DNA from: an uncultured bacterium | GTDB taxonomy: Bacteria; Omnitrophota; Gorgyraeia; Duberdicusellales; CBEUCJ01 | NCBI GenBank assembly: GCA_965541615.1 | Contig: CBEUCJ010000002.1 | Span: 31,795 to 95,794, forward strand | DNA: 64,000 bases | Direction: 5' to 3' | Made by a program: the position numbers and the translations under genes | Shown: piece by piece, positions 41,688 through 51,181 of the stretch | Position numbering within the stretch: the stretch's first letter is position 1 | Layout of the letters: every line of letters begins with the position of its first letter | The notes under the pieces: generated by a model | Database searches by the model: none | What the model was told of the DNA's origin: nothing | Seen by the model: the letters and a program-made list of their open reading frames with translations, nothing else

Positions 41688-41943
41688 TTTTATAGAAAAG
41701 CTTTCTGAGTTAGCTGATACTTTGGAGGAAAAGTACAAGATAAAAGTATGTTTTACCCAAATATTAGGAAATAGATGGTCTTATATAACAGGTCAAAAGA
41801 AGGAACTGTTTTTATCTTTACCTGAACGCATACAGTTAGATAAAAATTTAGGAGTCGTAATTTATGGATGGCATAAGCTAAATGAGGATTCAAGAAAAGA
41901 AGTTTTAGATTTTCTTAAAGAGGAGATTCTTTTTGAAAAATAA
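41647..41943 (+). CDS. Small hypothetical protein overlapping the hydG 3' end
   Basis: Open frame with normal composition filling the gap between hydG and the epimerase; start uncertain (TTG 41638 or ATG 41647). Confidence 0.6.
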   Translation: MKEQKEEKEIFTSDFIEKLSELADTLEEKYKIKVCFTQILGNRWSYITGQKKELFLSLPERIQLDKNLGVVIYGWHKLNEDSRKEVLDFLKEEILFEK

Positions 41944-41947
41944 ATAA

Positions 41948-42883
41948 ATGAATATTTTGGTTACAGGAGCTACAGGCTTTATAGGAAGGCACTTAGTGCA
42001 AAAACTCTGTTCAAACAATCAGAATAATAATATTTTTTGTTTAGTTAGAAAAAATTCAAAAAATATAAAGTATTTGGTTCCTTTTAAAGTAAAATTTGTA
42101 TACGCAGATATAACAAATTCAAATTCTATTGAGGAGATTAAAGATTTAAATTTAGATGTAATCTTTCATTGTGCAGGTTATGTGGGTAATAAAAGAAAAA
42201 AATTATATAAAGTCAACGTTTTAGGAACAAAGAATATCTGTGAGTTAGCTTTAAGATTAAATATAAAAAAAATGGTGTATTTAAGTTCTGTAGCTGTAGT
42301 GAGTGGAAACAGAAATTTGCCTTTGGTTGAAGATTTACCTTACAAAGCAACCAACCTCTATGGAGTTTCAAAAATAGAAGCAGAAAAAGTAGTTTTAGAT
42401 TATAGAAAAAAGGGATTAAAAACTATCATCTTAAGACCTTGTATGGTATATGGAGAATCTGAACCTCATATGTTAGGATTAATTCTTTTTTTACTCAAAC
42501 ACAGGCTTTTTCCTTTGATAGATGAAGGTAAATATAAATTGCATTTATTGTATGTAAAAAACTTGGTAGAAGCTATGATATTTTCTTTATCTAAGGAAGA
42601 ATTTACACAAAGCACTTTTTTTGTAGCTGATAAAGAAGTTTTAACTTTAAAAGAAATAGCTGATATTTTTGTTAAGACGATAAAAGCTAAACCTCCTTTC
42701 AGAATTCCATCTTATTTGAAGCCTGTATTATTAAATCTACCTTTTTTAGGAAAAAGATTAAAATTTTTTTTAAAAGATAGAATTTATAGTATAAAAAAAC
42801 TACTCTCTTTGGGTTTTAAACATCTGTATTCTGCACACTTAGGTTTAAGAAGGAGTGCAGAATTCTGGTTAGAGCACTCATGA
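41948..42883 (+). CDS. NAD-dependent epimerase/dehydratase family protein
   Basis: TGATGFIG, FHCAG, YLSSVAV, YGVSK..AE, RP.MVYG. Confidence 0.9.
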   Translation: MNILVTGATGFIGRHLVQKLCSNNQNNNIFCLVRKNSKNIKYLVPFKVKFVYADITNSNSIEEIKDLNLDVIFHCAGYVGNKRKKLYKVNVLGTKNICELALRLNIKKMVYLSSVAVVSGNRNLPLVEDLPYKATNLYGVSKIEAEKVVLDYRKKGLKTIILRPCMVYGESEPHMLGLILFLLKHRLFPLIDEGKYKLHLLYVKNLVEAMIFSLSKEEFTQSTFFVADKEVLTLKEIADIFVKTIKAKPPFRIPSYLKPVLLNLPFLGKRLKFFLKDRIYSIKKLLSLGFKHLYSAHLGLRRSAEFWLEHS

Positions 42884-43011
42884 GAAAAATATTATTCGAA
42901 ATGAATAACATCACGAAGATCCCTTCTTTGAGAGTCAAAGCTTTTCTATATTTGATTCTTTAATATTGTTTATATTTTTAGGAATTATGATAATATTTTA
43001 ATATGTGGGAA

Positions 43012-43127
43012 AGTTATGTGAAAAGGTAAAAAACTTCATGAATATAGTGTACCTGAAATAATAGCTGTTCCTATAAGTTTGAGGCTTACAAGATTATTTA
43101 GAATGGTTAAGGGAAAATTTAAAGTAA
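43012..43127 (+). pseudogene. cutA: Frameshifted 3' remnant of a divalent-cation tolerance (CutA) gene
   Basis: Stitching frames gives LCEKV/KKLHEYSVPEIIAVPI/GLQDYLEWLRENLK*, matching the CutA C-terminus (LH.Y.VPEII..PI..G...YL.W); N-terminal half missing. Confidence 0.75.
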
Positions 43128-43134
43128 TTAAAAT

Positions 43135-44106
43135 ATGGAATATAGGAGAATTTCAAAAGTAAATATAGAAATCTCTGTTTTAGGGTTAGGAACATGGGCT
43201 TTTGGAGGAGATGTATGGTGGGGGCCTCAGAAAGATGTTGATTCTTTAAGTGTTCTGGAAAAGGCTATTAATGAGGGTATAAATCTTATAGATACAGCAC
43301 CTGTATATGGAAAAGGACATTCAGAAGAACTCATTGGAAAGTTTTTAAAGAAAAAAAGATTGAGAGATAAGGTAATTATAGCTACAAAATTGGGTTTAAG
43401 TTGGAAGAATGGTAGGATTTATAGAGATTTAAGTAGAAAAAGAATGTTAGAAGAAATAGATGAGTCCAGAAGAAGGTTGCAAACCGATTACATAGATATT
43501 TATCAAGTTCACTGGCCAGACCCTAATACTCCAATTGCAGAGACTGCTACTGTTATGTATGAGTTCTATAAAAAAGGTTTAATAAGAGCAATAGGAGTGA
43601 GTAACTATTCTGTAGAACAAATGCAAGAATTTATGAAATATTCACCTCTCCATACTTTGCAGCCTCCTTACAATATGTTTAAAAGAGATATAGAAAAAGA
43701 TATTATTCCTTTTTGTATAAAAAACAAGATTAGTATTATTAGTTATATTCCTTTACATTCAGGAATTTTAACTGGAAAATTCTTTTTTAAAAATATTAAA
43801 ATACCTTCTGATTTATGTAGAAAAAATCATCCAGATTTAAAAGAACCTTTATTTTCTGTAAATAAAGAGATTTTAGAAAAGTTAAATAATTTAGCTCTTA
43901 AATATAATAAAACTTTAACACAGTTAGTTTTAAATTGGACTTATAAAAGAGAAGGGATTACTTCAATTTTAGTGGGAGCTAGAAATTTAGATCAATTAAC
44001 AGAAAATTTGGGAGCAGTTGGATGGAGTTTGGAGCCTTCTGATTACAAAGAGATAGAAAAAATTCTGCAGGAAAGGATTGAAAAAATAAAAGCTTTAAAT
44101 TTATGA
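43135..44106 (+). CDS. Aldo/keto reductase
   Basis: GLGTW, IDTAPVYG.G.SE, IATK, LQTDYIDIYQVHWPD, IGVSNY, Q..YN. Confidence 0.95.
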   Translation: MEYRRISKVNIEISVLGLGTWAFGGDVWWGPQKDVDSLSVLEKAINEGINLIDTAPVYGKGHSEELIGKFLKKKRLRDKVIIATKLGLSWKNGRIYRDLSRKRMLEEIDESRRRLQTDYIDIYQVHWPDPNTPIAETATVMYEFYKKGLIRAIGVSNYSVEQMQEFMKYSPLHTLQPPYNMFKRDIEKDIIPFCIKNKISIISYIPLHSGILTGKFFFKNIKIPSDLCRKNHPDLKEPLFSVNKEILEKLNNLALKYNKTLTQLVLNWTYKREGITSILVGARNLDQLTENLGAVGWSLEPSDYKEIEKILQERIEKIKALNL

Positions 44107-45800
44107 TAAGAATATGTATTGCTCAAATAAATCCTACAGTAGGAGATTTAGAAAATAATTTCAAAAAAGTATCTGTTTTTATAAAAAAAGCTAAAAGTTT
44201 TTTAAGTGATATTGTAGTATTTCCTGAATTAGCTTTAACAGGTTACCCTCCAGAAGATTTATTGTTAAATCCTGAGTTTATGAAAGCTTGTGAGAAATAT
44301 TTAAAAAAAATATTTTCTTTAACAGATAACATTTTAGTTTTGATAGGAGCTCCTTATAAAAAAAATAACTATCTTTATAATGGTTGTTTTGTTATTCAAA
44401 ATAAAAAATTGCTTTCTGTCTACAAAAAGATATTTTTATCTGAAGATACGGTTTTTAATGAAAAAAGATATTTTTCTCCAGGTTCTGAACTCATTATATT
44501 TAAGAATAAAAAGTTAAATTTTAGTGTTACAATATGTGAAGATATTCAGATAAAAACTTCACCTATTTTTGAAAGTTTTTTTTATCCAAAAGTAGATATT
44601 TTGTTTAATATTTCAGCTTCACCTTTTTTTGTTAAGAAAATAGATTTAAGAAAAAAATTACTGAGTAGAATTTCAAAACAAACTCAGTCTTTTCTTGTAT
44701 ATTGTAATTTAGTAGGAGCTCAAGATGAGTTAGTTTTTGATGGGAGGAGTTTGGTGTTTTCACCTCAAGGAGAATTGCTTTTTGAAGCTAAATCCTTTGA
44801 AGAAGATCTTTTATGTTTTGATTTAAAAATAAAAAAGAAGTTTTGCAATAAAAAATCAGAATTATTTGTTCCTTCTTTAAACTACATACAGACTTATCCT
44901 TTTTTACAAAAAAACAAACCCAAGCTACCTGAGTATATTCCTCCTAAATCTATGGATAAAATTGAACAAATATACAAAGCTTTAGTATTAGGAATAAGAG
45001 ATTATGTAAGAAAAAATAATTTTACAAAAGCTATCGTAGGTTTAAGTGGAGGAATAGATAGTTCACTAACTTGTGTATTAGCTGTTGATGCTTTAGGTAA
45101 AGAAAACGTGATAGGAGTAAGTATGCCATCAAAATATACTTCTCAAGCTTCACTTCAAGATGCACAGATCTTAGCAAAAAATTTAGGGATAAAATTTTTT
45201 GTAGTCCCTATTCATGAAATAGTTGAGATTTATACCAAAGTTTTTAAAAAGTGTTTTGGAAAAGTCAAAGACATTACTCTTCAAAATATTCAAGCCAGAA
45301 TTAGAGGAAATATTTTAATGGCTTTTTCAAATAACTTTGGATGGATAGTTCTAACTACAGGAAATAAGTCTGAGTTAAGTGTTGGGTATTGTACTTTATA
45401 TGGAGATACTGCAGGTGGTCTTTGTGTTTTAAAAGATGTTCCCAAGACTTTAGTTTACAAATTATCTAAATATAGGAACAAGATAGCAAAAAGATTTTTA
45501 ATCCCTAAAAGAGTTTTAACAAAACCTCCAACAGCAGAGTTAAAGCCTGATCAAACAGATGAATCAGAAATTGGTTCTTATAAAGTTTTAGACAAGATTA
45601 TAAACCTTTATGTAGAAAAAAATAAGACTTTAAAAGAAATAGTTAATAAAGGATTCAATGAGAAAATGGTTAAGCAAATAATCTACAAAATAGACAGAAA
45701 TGAATACAAACGCAGACAATTACCTCCTGGTATAAAAATTACTCCCCGTAGTTTTGGAAAAGATAGAAGAATGCCTATCACTAACAAATTTATTATTTAA
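44103..45800 (+). CDS. nadE: Glutamine-dependent NAD+ synthetase
   Basis: Nitrilase domain (AQIN..VGD, FPEL..TGY, ICED) plus GLSGGIDS, NIQARIRG, TTGNKSE, NEYKRRQ. Confidence 0.96.
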   Translation: MIRICIAQINPTVGDLENNFKKVSVFIKKAKSFLSDIVVFPELALTGYPPEDLLLNPEFMKACEKYLKKIFSLTDNILVLIGAPYKKNNYLYNGCFVIQNKKLLSVYKKIFLSEDTVFNEKRYFSPGSELIIFKNKKLNFSVTICEDIQIKTSPIFESFFYPKVDILFNISASPFFVKKIDLRKKLLSRISKQTQSFLVYCNLVGAQDELVFDGRSLVFSPQGELLFEAKSFEEDLLCFDLKIKKKFCNKKSELFVPSLNYIQTYPFLQKNKPKLPEYIPPKSMDKIEQIYKALVLGIRDYVRKNNFTKAIVGLSGGIDSSLTCVLAVDALGKENVIGVSMPSKYTSQASLQDAQILAKNLGIKFFVVPIHEIVEIYTKVFKKCFGKVKDITLQNIQARIRGNILMAFSNNFGWIVLTTGNKSELSVGYCTLYGDTAGGLCVLKDVPKTLVYKLSKYRNKIAKRFLIPKRVLTKPPTAELKPDQTDESEIGSYKVLDKIINLYVEKNKTLKEIVNKGFNEKMVKQIIYKIDRNEYKRRQLPPGIKITPRSFGKDRRMPITNKFII

Positions 45801-45818
45801 TTCACAATTAAGGTCTCT

Positions 45819-47090
45819 ATGAGATTAAAATCTGCACTCTTATTTTATTATACTAAACTCAATAAATACAGTTTTAACATTCTATTGGGAGCTTTAGAGG
45901 AAGAAGAATTATTAGAAAAAATAAAGATTTACTTTGCAAATTCTCAAAAAGAATTGTTTTTTCTGATAGACAGTCTTCTTTTAAAATATAAAAAAATAAT
46001 TTTATGTTTTTCTTTCTTTACTACTCAAATCTGGAAGATAAAAGAAATAATTCATAGGTTAAAGAAGAAATATTCAAATAAAATTTTATATATAGCTGGA
46101 GGACCTCATCCTACAGGAGCACCTTTTAAAACCTTAGAGATGGGTTTTGATATAGTGGTGACTGGTGAAGGAGAAGAAACATTCAAAGAGCTTTTGAGCA
46201 AAATCATTGAAAATCAGGATATAAAAGATGTAAAAGGCATAGCTTTTAAGGATGAGAAAAAAGGATTCATTTTAACTCCAAAGAGAGAATTTATAGATTT
46301 AAATAAATATCCTCCATTTAGCCTTAAATATAATAAATTTAACCCGATAGAAATTACACGTGGTTGCAGTTTTGGTTGTCACTTTTGTCAAACTTCTTAT
46401 CTTTTTGGTAAGACTTTGAGGCATAGGAGTTTAGATAATATTTGCAGATATGTAGAGATAATGAAAAAATTGAATTTATTGGATATAAGATTCATTACTC
46501 CTAATGCTTTTTCTTATGGTTCATCTGATGGCAAAAATCTTAATATTAAAAAATTAGAGGAACTTCTTAGCAGAATAAGGAAAATAATAGGCCAAAGAGG
46601 AAGAATATTTATAGGTTCTTTTCCTTCAGAAATAAGACCTGAACATGTAACTGAAGAAACTTTAAGTCTAATTCTAAAATATGCTAACAATGATAATATT
46701 ACTATTGGCGCTCAATCAGGAAGTCAGAAGGTGTTAGATTTAATCAACAGATCTCATACAGTAGAAGATGTATACAGAGCTGTAAAGCTCAGTCTCAAAG
46801 CAGGTTTAAAAGTAAATGTAGATTTCATATTTGGTTTACCTTATGAGACTAAAAAAGATATTATAATTACATTAAAGGTAATAAAGGACCTTGTAAAAAT
46901 GGGTGCTAAAATCCATGCTCACACTTTTTTACCTTTACCACAAACCCCTTTATTTAAAAGTGAGTTTAGACCAATAGATGAAAGGTTAAAAAAATGGATA
47001 GGAAGATTGACTTCTAAAGGACTAATCTTTGGAAATTGGCTTTATCAATCAAGATTATCTCAGAAAATAAAGGAGTATTTTAGAGAATAG
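45819..47090 (+). CDS. B12-binding-domain / radical SAM protein (TIGR04013-like)
   Basis: AGGPHPTG, GEGE, EITRGCSFGCHFCQT, RFITPNA..YGS, GSFPSE.RPE, GAQSGS. Confidence 0.88.
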   Translation: MRLKSALLFYYTKLNKYSFNILLGALEEEELLEKIKIYFANSQKELFFLIDSLLLKYKKIILCFSFFTTQIWKIKEIIHRLKKKYSNKILYIAGGPHPTGAPFKTLEMGFDIVVTGEGEETFKELLSKIIENQDIKDVKGIAFKDEKKGFILTPKREFIDLNKYPPFSLKYNKFNPIEITRGCSFGCHFCQTSYLFGKTLRHRSLDNICRYVEIMKKLNLLDIRFITPNAFSYGSSDGKNLNIKKLEELLSRIRKIIGQRGRIFIGSFPSEIRPEHVTEETLSLILKYANNDNITIGAQSGSQKVLDLINRSHTVEDVYRAVKLSLKAGLKVNVDFIFGLPYETKKDIIITLKVIKDLVKMGAKIHAHTFLPLPQTPLFKSEFRPIDERLKKWIGRLTSKGLIFGNWLYQSRLSQKIKEYFRE

Positions 47091-47100
47091 TATTTTTTTG

Positions 47101-47937
47101 TTAAGTTTTCAGATTTCTTTTGTATTTTTCTATAAGTTTATAATAAGCTTGTGCCTCTTGGAATTTTCCTCTTTTCAAACATCCTCTAATATATATCTGA
47201 CATTTCCTTTCTAACTCTTTAAAAGCTAATTCATACTGTTGGGAGTTTAATACTCCTGAATCTAAAAGTTTGCTAATAGCTTTTATTCTAAACCTATCTA
47301 ACCCCCAATATTTTTTTGAAACCTGATCAGGGTGCCCTCCTTCTTTTAAGGTTAAAGGAAGAGGAATTAAATATAAAGGGTACTTGTAAGATACTCTTAA
47401 CCAAAAATCATAATCTTCACAGCAAGGAAGCTCTTCATCGAACAATCCTACATCTTCAAAGATGCTTTTATGTATACATACAGTAGATATGCTCACTCTA
47501 CATAAACCTAAACATTTATCAAAAATATAACCTCCATATTTTTTATGAATCTTTTTTTGATTTAAGAATTTACCTCTTCTAAACCAGATTTCTTCTGTAT
47601 GAAATATTTTATATGTAGGGTTTTCTTTTATGTATTTATAAGTAATTTCTAATTTTTTCTTATCCCACCAATCATCAGAATCTAAAAAACACAGCCACTC
47701 AGCTTTTGCTTTCTTTATGCCTGTATTTCTAGCACCAGATGGTCCTTTGTTTTCTTGATAAATGTATATTATTCGGTCATCCTGATAAGAATAAACTAAC
47801 TCTTTTGTGTTATCTTGTGAGCCATCATCTACGATTATTAACTCAAAATCTTTGAAAGTTTGATTTAAGACAGAATCAACGGCTTTCTTTAAAAAATCTC
47901 TTCTATTGTATGTAGGAATTATTACACTAAAAAACAT
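47101..47937 (-). CDS. Glycosyltransferase family 2
   Basis: SVIIPTYNR, VDDGS.D, G.SGARN.G, FLDSDD, EDYDFWLR. Confidence 0.93.
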   Translation of the reverse strand: MFFSVIIPTYNRRDFLKKAVDSVLNQTFKDFELIIVDDGSQDNTKELVYSYQDDRIIYIYQENKGPSGARNTGIKKAKAEWLCFLDSDDWWDKKKLEITYKYIKENPTYKIFHTEEIWFRRGKFLNQKKIHKKYGGYIFDKCLGLCRVSISTVCIHKSIFEDVGLFDEELPCCEDYDFWLRVSYKYPLYLIPLPLTLKEGGHPDQVSKKYWGLDRFRIKAISKLLDSGVLNSQQYELAFKELERKCQIYIRGCLKRGKFQEAQAYYKLIEKYKRNLKT

Positions 47938-47955
47938 AATTAGTAGAGAGAAACT

Positions 47956-49857
47956 TTAGCTTCTTAATTGTTTCTCAGCGTTTACTACATCTCTATTTAA
48001 AACTTCTAAAGCCTTATTAATATTTTTCTTCAAAACCTGTGGAATTTTTTGCTGATTCATTTCTCTCAAAACTTGAATGCATAACCTGAAATTTCTTATT
48101 AATTCTCCTTCATCTATTTTAGAAACCTTTACCACTTTATCAAAATCTTCTTTTTGACACCATCTTATAACTGCTTCAGATAAATAAAAATAAGCTTTTT
48201 TAGTGAGAGGAAATATTTTAAATCTTTTTTCTTCTTTATGAATATAGTTAATAACTCTATCTACTTCTTCTTTTATTCTCTTTGCTTTTTTAGAAAGTTT
48301 TGGAAACTTTAAACCAGGTTTAGCTTCACATACAACCCCCATTGTTAATATACATAATTCTATCCAATCTAATCTCTCTAAAAATCCTGCTTCAAAGAGT
48401 TCTCCAAAGATTAATTCATATCCAAAAAGGTTAGAACTGAATTCTCCTTTTAAAGTCAAAGCTTCTTTATAAATGTAACCAGTATTTTTTAAGAGCTCTA
48501 ATTTAGCTTCTAAAAGTTCTTGCCCCCTTTTTCTATTTTCTTTTTGTTGAAAATAATGAAAAGTAAGAGGATAAATTTTAATGAGCGATTCTTTTAAATG
48601 TTTATAAAGGTTTAATATAGTAGCATACGAAGCACAGAATTTACTTACCACAGGTTCAGGTTTACCCCAAATTATATTTTTTAAAACTTCAATATCTACT
48701 TGATGGAGATTTACTCTTATGTAAACAAATCCTCTTTTGTCGATACCTCTCCTTCCAGCTCTTCCTGCCATTTGATAAAAATCTCTCGTCTTTAAGTATC
48801 TTGTATATTTTCCATAAAATTTTACTATTTCATCAAAGCAGACTGTCCTTGCAGGCATATTTATTCCTAAAGCAAAAGTCTCTGTTGTAAATATCACTTT
48901 TATCAATCTGCTTGTGAAGAGTCTTTCTATTATTTCTTTTAAAGTGGGAAGCATACCTGCATGGTGGAAAGCTACACCCCTTTTAATTAAAGGAAAAAGC
49001 ATTTCAGCACTTTTTTCTCCTTTTAAATCAAATCTTTCTAATAAAGAGTTGTAGAGTTTTATAATTTGCTTTTTTTCCTCTGGGTTTAAAAAATCAAATC
49101 TTAACAATTCCCATGCTAAGTTTTCACATCTTCTTCTAGAAAAAGAAAAATAGATACAAGGAAGTCTTTGTGTGGATTTCAAATGTTTTATTAAGTCTAT
49201 TACTCTATTTTGTTTATGGAACTTATAAATTTGTTTGTTTGATAAAAATTTTTCTAATCTTTTAAAATTTTTAAAGATTTCATTTTGACATTGAAAATAA
49301 AAATTTAAAGGTACAGGTCTATGAGTTTCAATGATTTCTTTGACAGGTTTCTTATGTATTTTTTTAATCCATTTTACTAATTCTTTTATGTTAGGGATAG
49401 TAGCACTTAAAGCTAAAATATTCATATGTTGAGGTAAAAATATTATAGACTCTTCCCAAACAGTTCCACGTTCAGTATCATCTAAATAATGGATTTCATC
49501 AAAGATCACCCAAGTTTTGTTTTCTAGCTTTTTAGGAGTTTGTAGAATATAGTTTCTAAATATTTCTGTAGTCATGATTAATACAGGAGCTGAGCTATTT
49601 ATACTAACATCTCCTGTGATTATTCCTACTTTATCTTTACCGTATTTTTCTGTAAAATCTCTGAATTTTTGATTACTAAGAGCTTTTATAGGAGCAGTGT
49701 AAATAACACCTTCTTTTTTCTCCAAAGTTTCTTTAATAACATACTCAGCTATTAGAGTTTTACCTGCTCCTGTAGGAGCAGAAACCACTACAGAAAACCC
49801 TTTTTTTATATATTCTATAGCCTCTTCTTGAAAGGGATCTAAAGTAAAGTTTTCCAT
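47956..49857 (-). CDS. Ski2/HelY-like DExH-box RNA helicase (compact)
   Basis: APTGAGKT, PIKALSNQK, MTTE, DEIH, LSATIPN, HHAG.LP..KE, TETFALGINMPART, QMAGRAGRRG, DSHCT-like tail. Confidence 0.93.
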   Translation of the reverse strand: MENFTLDPFQEEAIEYIKKGFSVVVSAPTGAGKTLIAEYVIKETLEKKEGVIYTAPIKALSNQKFRDFTEKYGKDKVGIITGDVSINSSAPVLIMTTEIFRNYILQTPKKLENKTWVIFDEIHYLDDTERGTVWEESIIFLPQHMNILALSATIPNIKELVKWIKKIHKKPVKEIIETHRPVPLNFYFQCQNEIFKNFKRLEKFLSNKQIYKFHKQNRVIDLIKHLKSTQRLPCIYFSFSRRRCENLAWELLRFDFLNPEEKKQIIKLYNSLLERFDLKGEKSAEMLFPLIKRGVAFHHAGMLPTLKEIIERLFTSRLIKVIFTTETFALGINMPARTVCFDEIVKFYGKYTRYLKTRDFYQMAGRAGRRGIDKRGFVYIRVNLHQVDIEVLKNIIWGKPEPVVSKFCASYATILNLYKHLKESLIKIYPLTFHYFQQKENRKRGQELLEAKLELLKNTGYIYKEALTLKGEFSSNLFGYELIFGELFEAGFLERLDWIELCILTMGVVCEAKPGLKFPKLSKKAKRIKEEVDRVINYIHKEEKRFKIFPLTKKAYFYLSEAVIRWCQKEDFDKVVKVSKIDEGELIRNFRLCIQVLREMNQQKIPQVLKKNINKALEVLNRDVVNAEKQLRS

Positions 49858-49890
49858 TTTTATTAATTTTTTATTGATTTTTTTGAGAAA

Positions 49891-49899
49891 ATTATATCA
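49891..49899 (-). promoter_or_regulatory. Extended -10 element upstream of the helicase
   Basis: Minus strand TGATATAAT, 33 nt upstream of the ATG; no clear -35. Confidence 0.45.
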
Positions 49900-49917
49900 T
49901 AGAAATTAAATTTAATG

Positions 49918-49945
49918 TTGATTTTTTCATCTTTTTGAATAAAAT
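49918..49945 (+). promoter_or_regulatory. Putative promoter for the ParB-like/LPS run
   Basis: TTGATT (49918-49923), 16 nt, TAAAAT (49940-49945); ATG 11 nt downstream, no SD. Confidence 0.5.
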
Positions 49946-49956
49946 ATTGAATTACT

Positions 49957-50823
49957 ATGGGGAAAAAGGGATTAGAAGAGTTAAAAAAAGTAATAGAATC
50001 TGATGGTGGACAGGTCTTAGCTGTTTATAAAGAGCCTTTTGCTAATAAGGAACAAATCTTTGCTCTCCTTCCAATAGAAAAAATAAAACCAGCCCCCTTT
50101 CAAAGAGAAATATCTACTCAACATTTAAGGAGATTAGCTCAGGTAATAGATAAAGTTGGTAGGTACATAGACCCAATTGTAGTAGTAAGGGCAGAAGAAG
50201 GAATTTATTATACACCCAATGGAACTCATAGATTAGAAGCTATGAGATCTTTAGGAAAAGATAAAATAACAGTTATCTTAATTCCAGAGCCTGAATTAGC
50301 TTCTTACATATTAGCTTTGAATACTGAAAAGTCTCCAAATATAAAAGAAAAATGTTTGGAGGTGATAAAGTTATATAAAGAATTAATGCAATTAGATCCT
50401 AGTATGAGAGAAATAGACTATGCATTTCAATTTGAGGAAGCTTCTTACCTTACATTAGGTATTGTTTACTTAGAAGAAGAAAGATTTAGTGGAGCTACTT
50501 ACAATACTTTTTTAAAAAAAGTAGATAATTTTTTAGATGAGACTTTAGAAGTAGCTTTTGAGGAGAGAAAAAAAAGAGCGCAGAAAGTAAAAGAACTCCA
50601 CAGAGTTACTTTAGAAAAAGAAGAAGAATTTAAAGCGAGTAATAAAAACTTCCCATTCTTAAGACAATACATAATCTCTAAGGCAAATCCTTATAAAAGA
50701 TTAAGGAAAATAGATGAAGATTTTTATGTAGCTGTTGATCAGTTAATAGAAAACGTAAAGTCTCTCTCTCCAGAGAAGATATCGACAGAAGAGATTTTAA
50801 GAGCAGGAGGAGTTTTTGAGTAA
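49957..50823 (+). CDS. ParB/Srx-domain protein (orphan, no parA nearby)
   Basis: LPIEKI.P.PFQRE, G.YIDPIVV, TPNG.HRL.A, LNTE resemble the ParB N-terminal domain. Confidence 0.75.
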   Translation: MGKKGLEELKKVIESDGGQVLAVYKEPFANKEQIFALLPIEKIKPAPFQREISTQHLRRLAQVIDKVGRYIDPIVVVRAEEGIYYTPNGTHRLEAMRSLGKDKITVILIPEPELASYILALNTEKSPNIKEKCLEVIKLYKELMQLDPSMREIDYAFQFEEASYLTLGIVYLEEERFSGATYNTFLKKVDNFLDETLEVAFEERKKRAQKVKELHRVTLEKEEEFKASNKNFPFLRQYIISKANPYKRLRKIDEDFYVAVDQLIENVKSLSPEKISTEEILRAGGVFE

Positions 50824-50857
50824 TTCTTTCTAAAATATTCTCATAAAGTTAAATTTA

Positions 50858-51181
50858 ATGAAAGAAAAAACAAATTTAATTAAGAGAGTTTTGTTAGTAT
50901 TTTTTCTTATTTTTATTTTTATATTCCAAATCCTGCCTATTAGGTCTTCTTCACAGATAATAGGTTTAGATAAGATTATTCATTTTATTTTTTACTTTGT
51001 TCTTATGTTTTTGTTTTCTGTGAATAATTTTTCTCTAAAAAGAGCTTTTTTTTATTCTTTTTTGTATGGAATACTTATGGAGATAGTTCAGATACCTGTT
51101 CCTACCAGGAGCTGTTCATTTTATGATCTGCTAGCAAATTTGGGTGGAATCCTGACTTTTTTAATTATTAAAACTATCTAA
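50858..51181 (+). CDS. VanZ-like membrane protein
   Basis: DK..HF..Y..L, YG...E..Q...PTR.CS.YDL.AN..G. Confidence 0.88.
   Translation: MKEKTNLIKRVLLVFFLIFIFIFQILPIRSSSQIIGLDKIIHFIFYFVLMFLFSVNNFSLKRAFFYSFLYGILMEIVQIPVPTRSCSFYDLLANLGGILTFLIIKTI

Noticed and set aside
45790-45807. Possible third Rex site TTATTATTTAATTCACAA before the radical SAM gene
   Set aside because: Only the right half matches; plausible by chance in AT-rich DNA and no promoter is evident
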